Below, piece by piece: positions 24,689 to 25,271 of a stretch of 25,271 nt of DNA. A program made the position numbers and the translations under genes. Position 1 is the stretch's first letter. The number at the start of each line of letters is the position of its first letter. Source of the DNA: a virus. Taxonomy: Duplodnaviria > Caudoviricetes. The stretch covers positions 1-25,271 of the IMG/VR virus record IMGVR_UViG_3300037755_000321, one strand, 5' to 3'. The notes beneath the pieces were generated by a model that saw nothing but the letters and a program-made list of their open reading frames with translations, was not told the DNA's origin and did not search any database.

Positions 24689-24943
24689 TCAGGAGAGCAG
24701 CTCTCTCACGTACGCGGTGAGACGACGCTTGCCCTCTTCGACATCCTTGCAGACGGCGAAGTAGTTGTACGGAGCGGAGAGGTGGTGGCCGGGGATGCCG
24801 GATGCCTGCAACGGCTTAGCGGTGATCGAGTACCGGTATTGCGGCCGGTCGTCGTCGTGGATCTCCAGTCGCATCACGTCGGTGTCGCAGGTGAGGAGTT
24901 TCCGGCCCCGCAGGTCGGTGGTTTCTGCCCATTTGAGTTCCAT
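24689..24943 (-). CDS. Hypothetical protein, 84 aa (MELKWAE...)
   Basis: GAAAGG RBS supports ATG 24943. Confidence 0.7.
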   Translation of the reverse strand: MELKWAETTDLRGRKLLTCDTDVMRLEIHDDDRPQYRYSITAKPLQASGIPGHHLSAPYNYFAVCKDVEEGKRRLTAYVRELLS

Positions 24944-24978
24944 GATGTTACCTTTCATCGTTGGTCTTTGTACACTCA

Positions 24979-25007
24979 ACATTACCCGCCACTTCGCCAG
25001 AGCGCAA
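24979..25007 (-). promoter_or_regulatory. Principal-sigma-type promoter
   Basis: TTGCGC-17 bp-TAATGT. Shares the leader TACAAAGACCAACGA with the 24138 promoter. Confidence 0.6.
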
Positions 25008-25033
25008 GCCCCGTGGCAAGAAACTTTGCTTGA

Positions 25034-25270
25034 TTACTGATCGTCCATGTAGGCGTGCAGCCGCTCCAGTGCCAGGTATTGCGCTTCGACGTAGCCTCGC
25101 AGCGCATGTTGGAGTTCGGGACCGTCCGGAATGATGCCCGCCAAGCGCATAGCGGAGTCATGGAAGGGACGCAGGTAGCCCCGCATCCAATCGGGGTGGC
25201 GTTCGGTGTCGAGCCTGCGGAGCATATCAAGTGTTTCGGGGGAGAGGTCTTGCACAACATACCTTCGCAT
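25034..25270 (-). CDS. Divergent paralogue of the 21774..22013 protein; true start may lie outside the window
   Basis: Ungapped match of TL...P...RPF...A...PDGPEL...LR...EA. Confidence 0.7.
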   Translation of the reverse strand: MRRYVVQDLSPETLDMLRRLDTERHPDWMRGYLRPFHDSAMRLAGIIPDGPELQHALRGYVEAQYLALERLHAYMDDQ

Positions 25271-25271
25271 T

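Noticed and set aside
13618-24982. Longest-ORF starts in the track (13836, 14189, 14362, 14505, 15259, 15374, 15556, 15932, 16666, 17566, 18317, 21720, 23956, 24982)
   Set aside because: They overlap neighbouring genes or promoters; downstream starts have RBSs or coupled overlaps.

Overview
High-GC actinobacterial mobile DNA, most consistent with a Streptomyces-type phage or phage-plasmid. No capsid, tail or integrase gene lies in this window, so that identity is inferred. From left to right: (1) a leftward transfer-like module with an FtsK/TraB-type translocase and two Spd-like membrane genes, carrying three dense GCGCGC patches and a separate GGCAC repeat cluster; (2) a ~0.7 kb RNA island with tRNA-Ala(UGC), tRNA-Val(UAC), a CAU tRNA, a tRNA-like RNA with a truncated anticodon arm, and structured RNAs between them; (3) a leftward replication/recombination operon (SSB, Sak4-like ATPase, Cas4-like exonuclease, SNF2 helicase, RuvC-like resolvase, family A DNA polymerase), then a BldC homologue and many small genes; (4) a rightward Prim-Pol primase and D5/P4-type SF3 helicase followed by a 12-copy TGCAGGGAT iteron origin; (5) a terminase-small-subunit-like gene, two divergent paralogues of a possible Acb2/Tad1-like helical-hairpin protein, an amino-methyltransferase, and small promoter-gene-terminator cassettes. 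All family calls come from reading motifs by eye; no database search was run.
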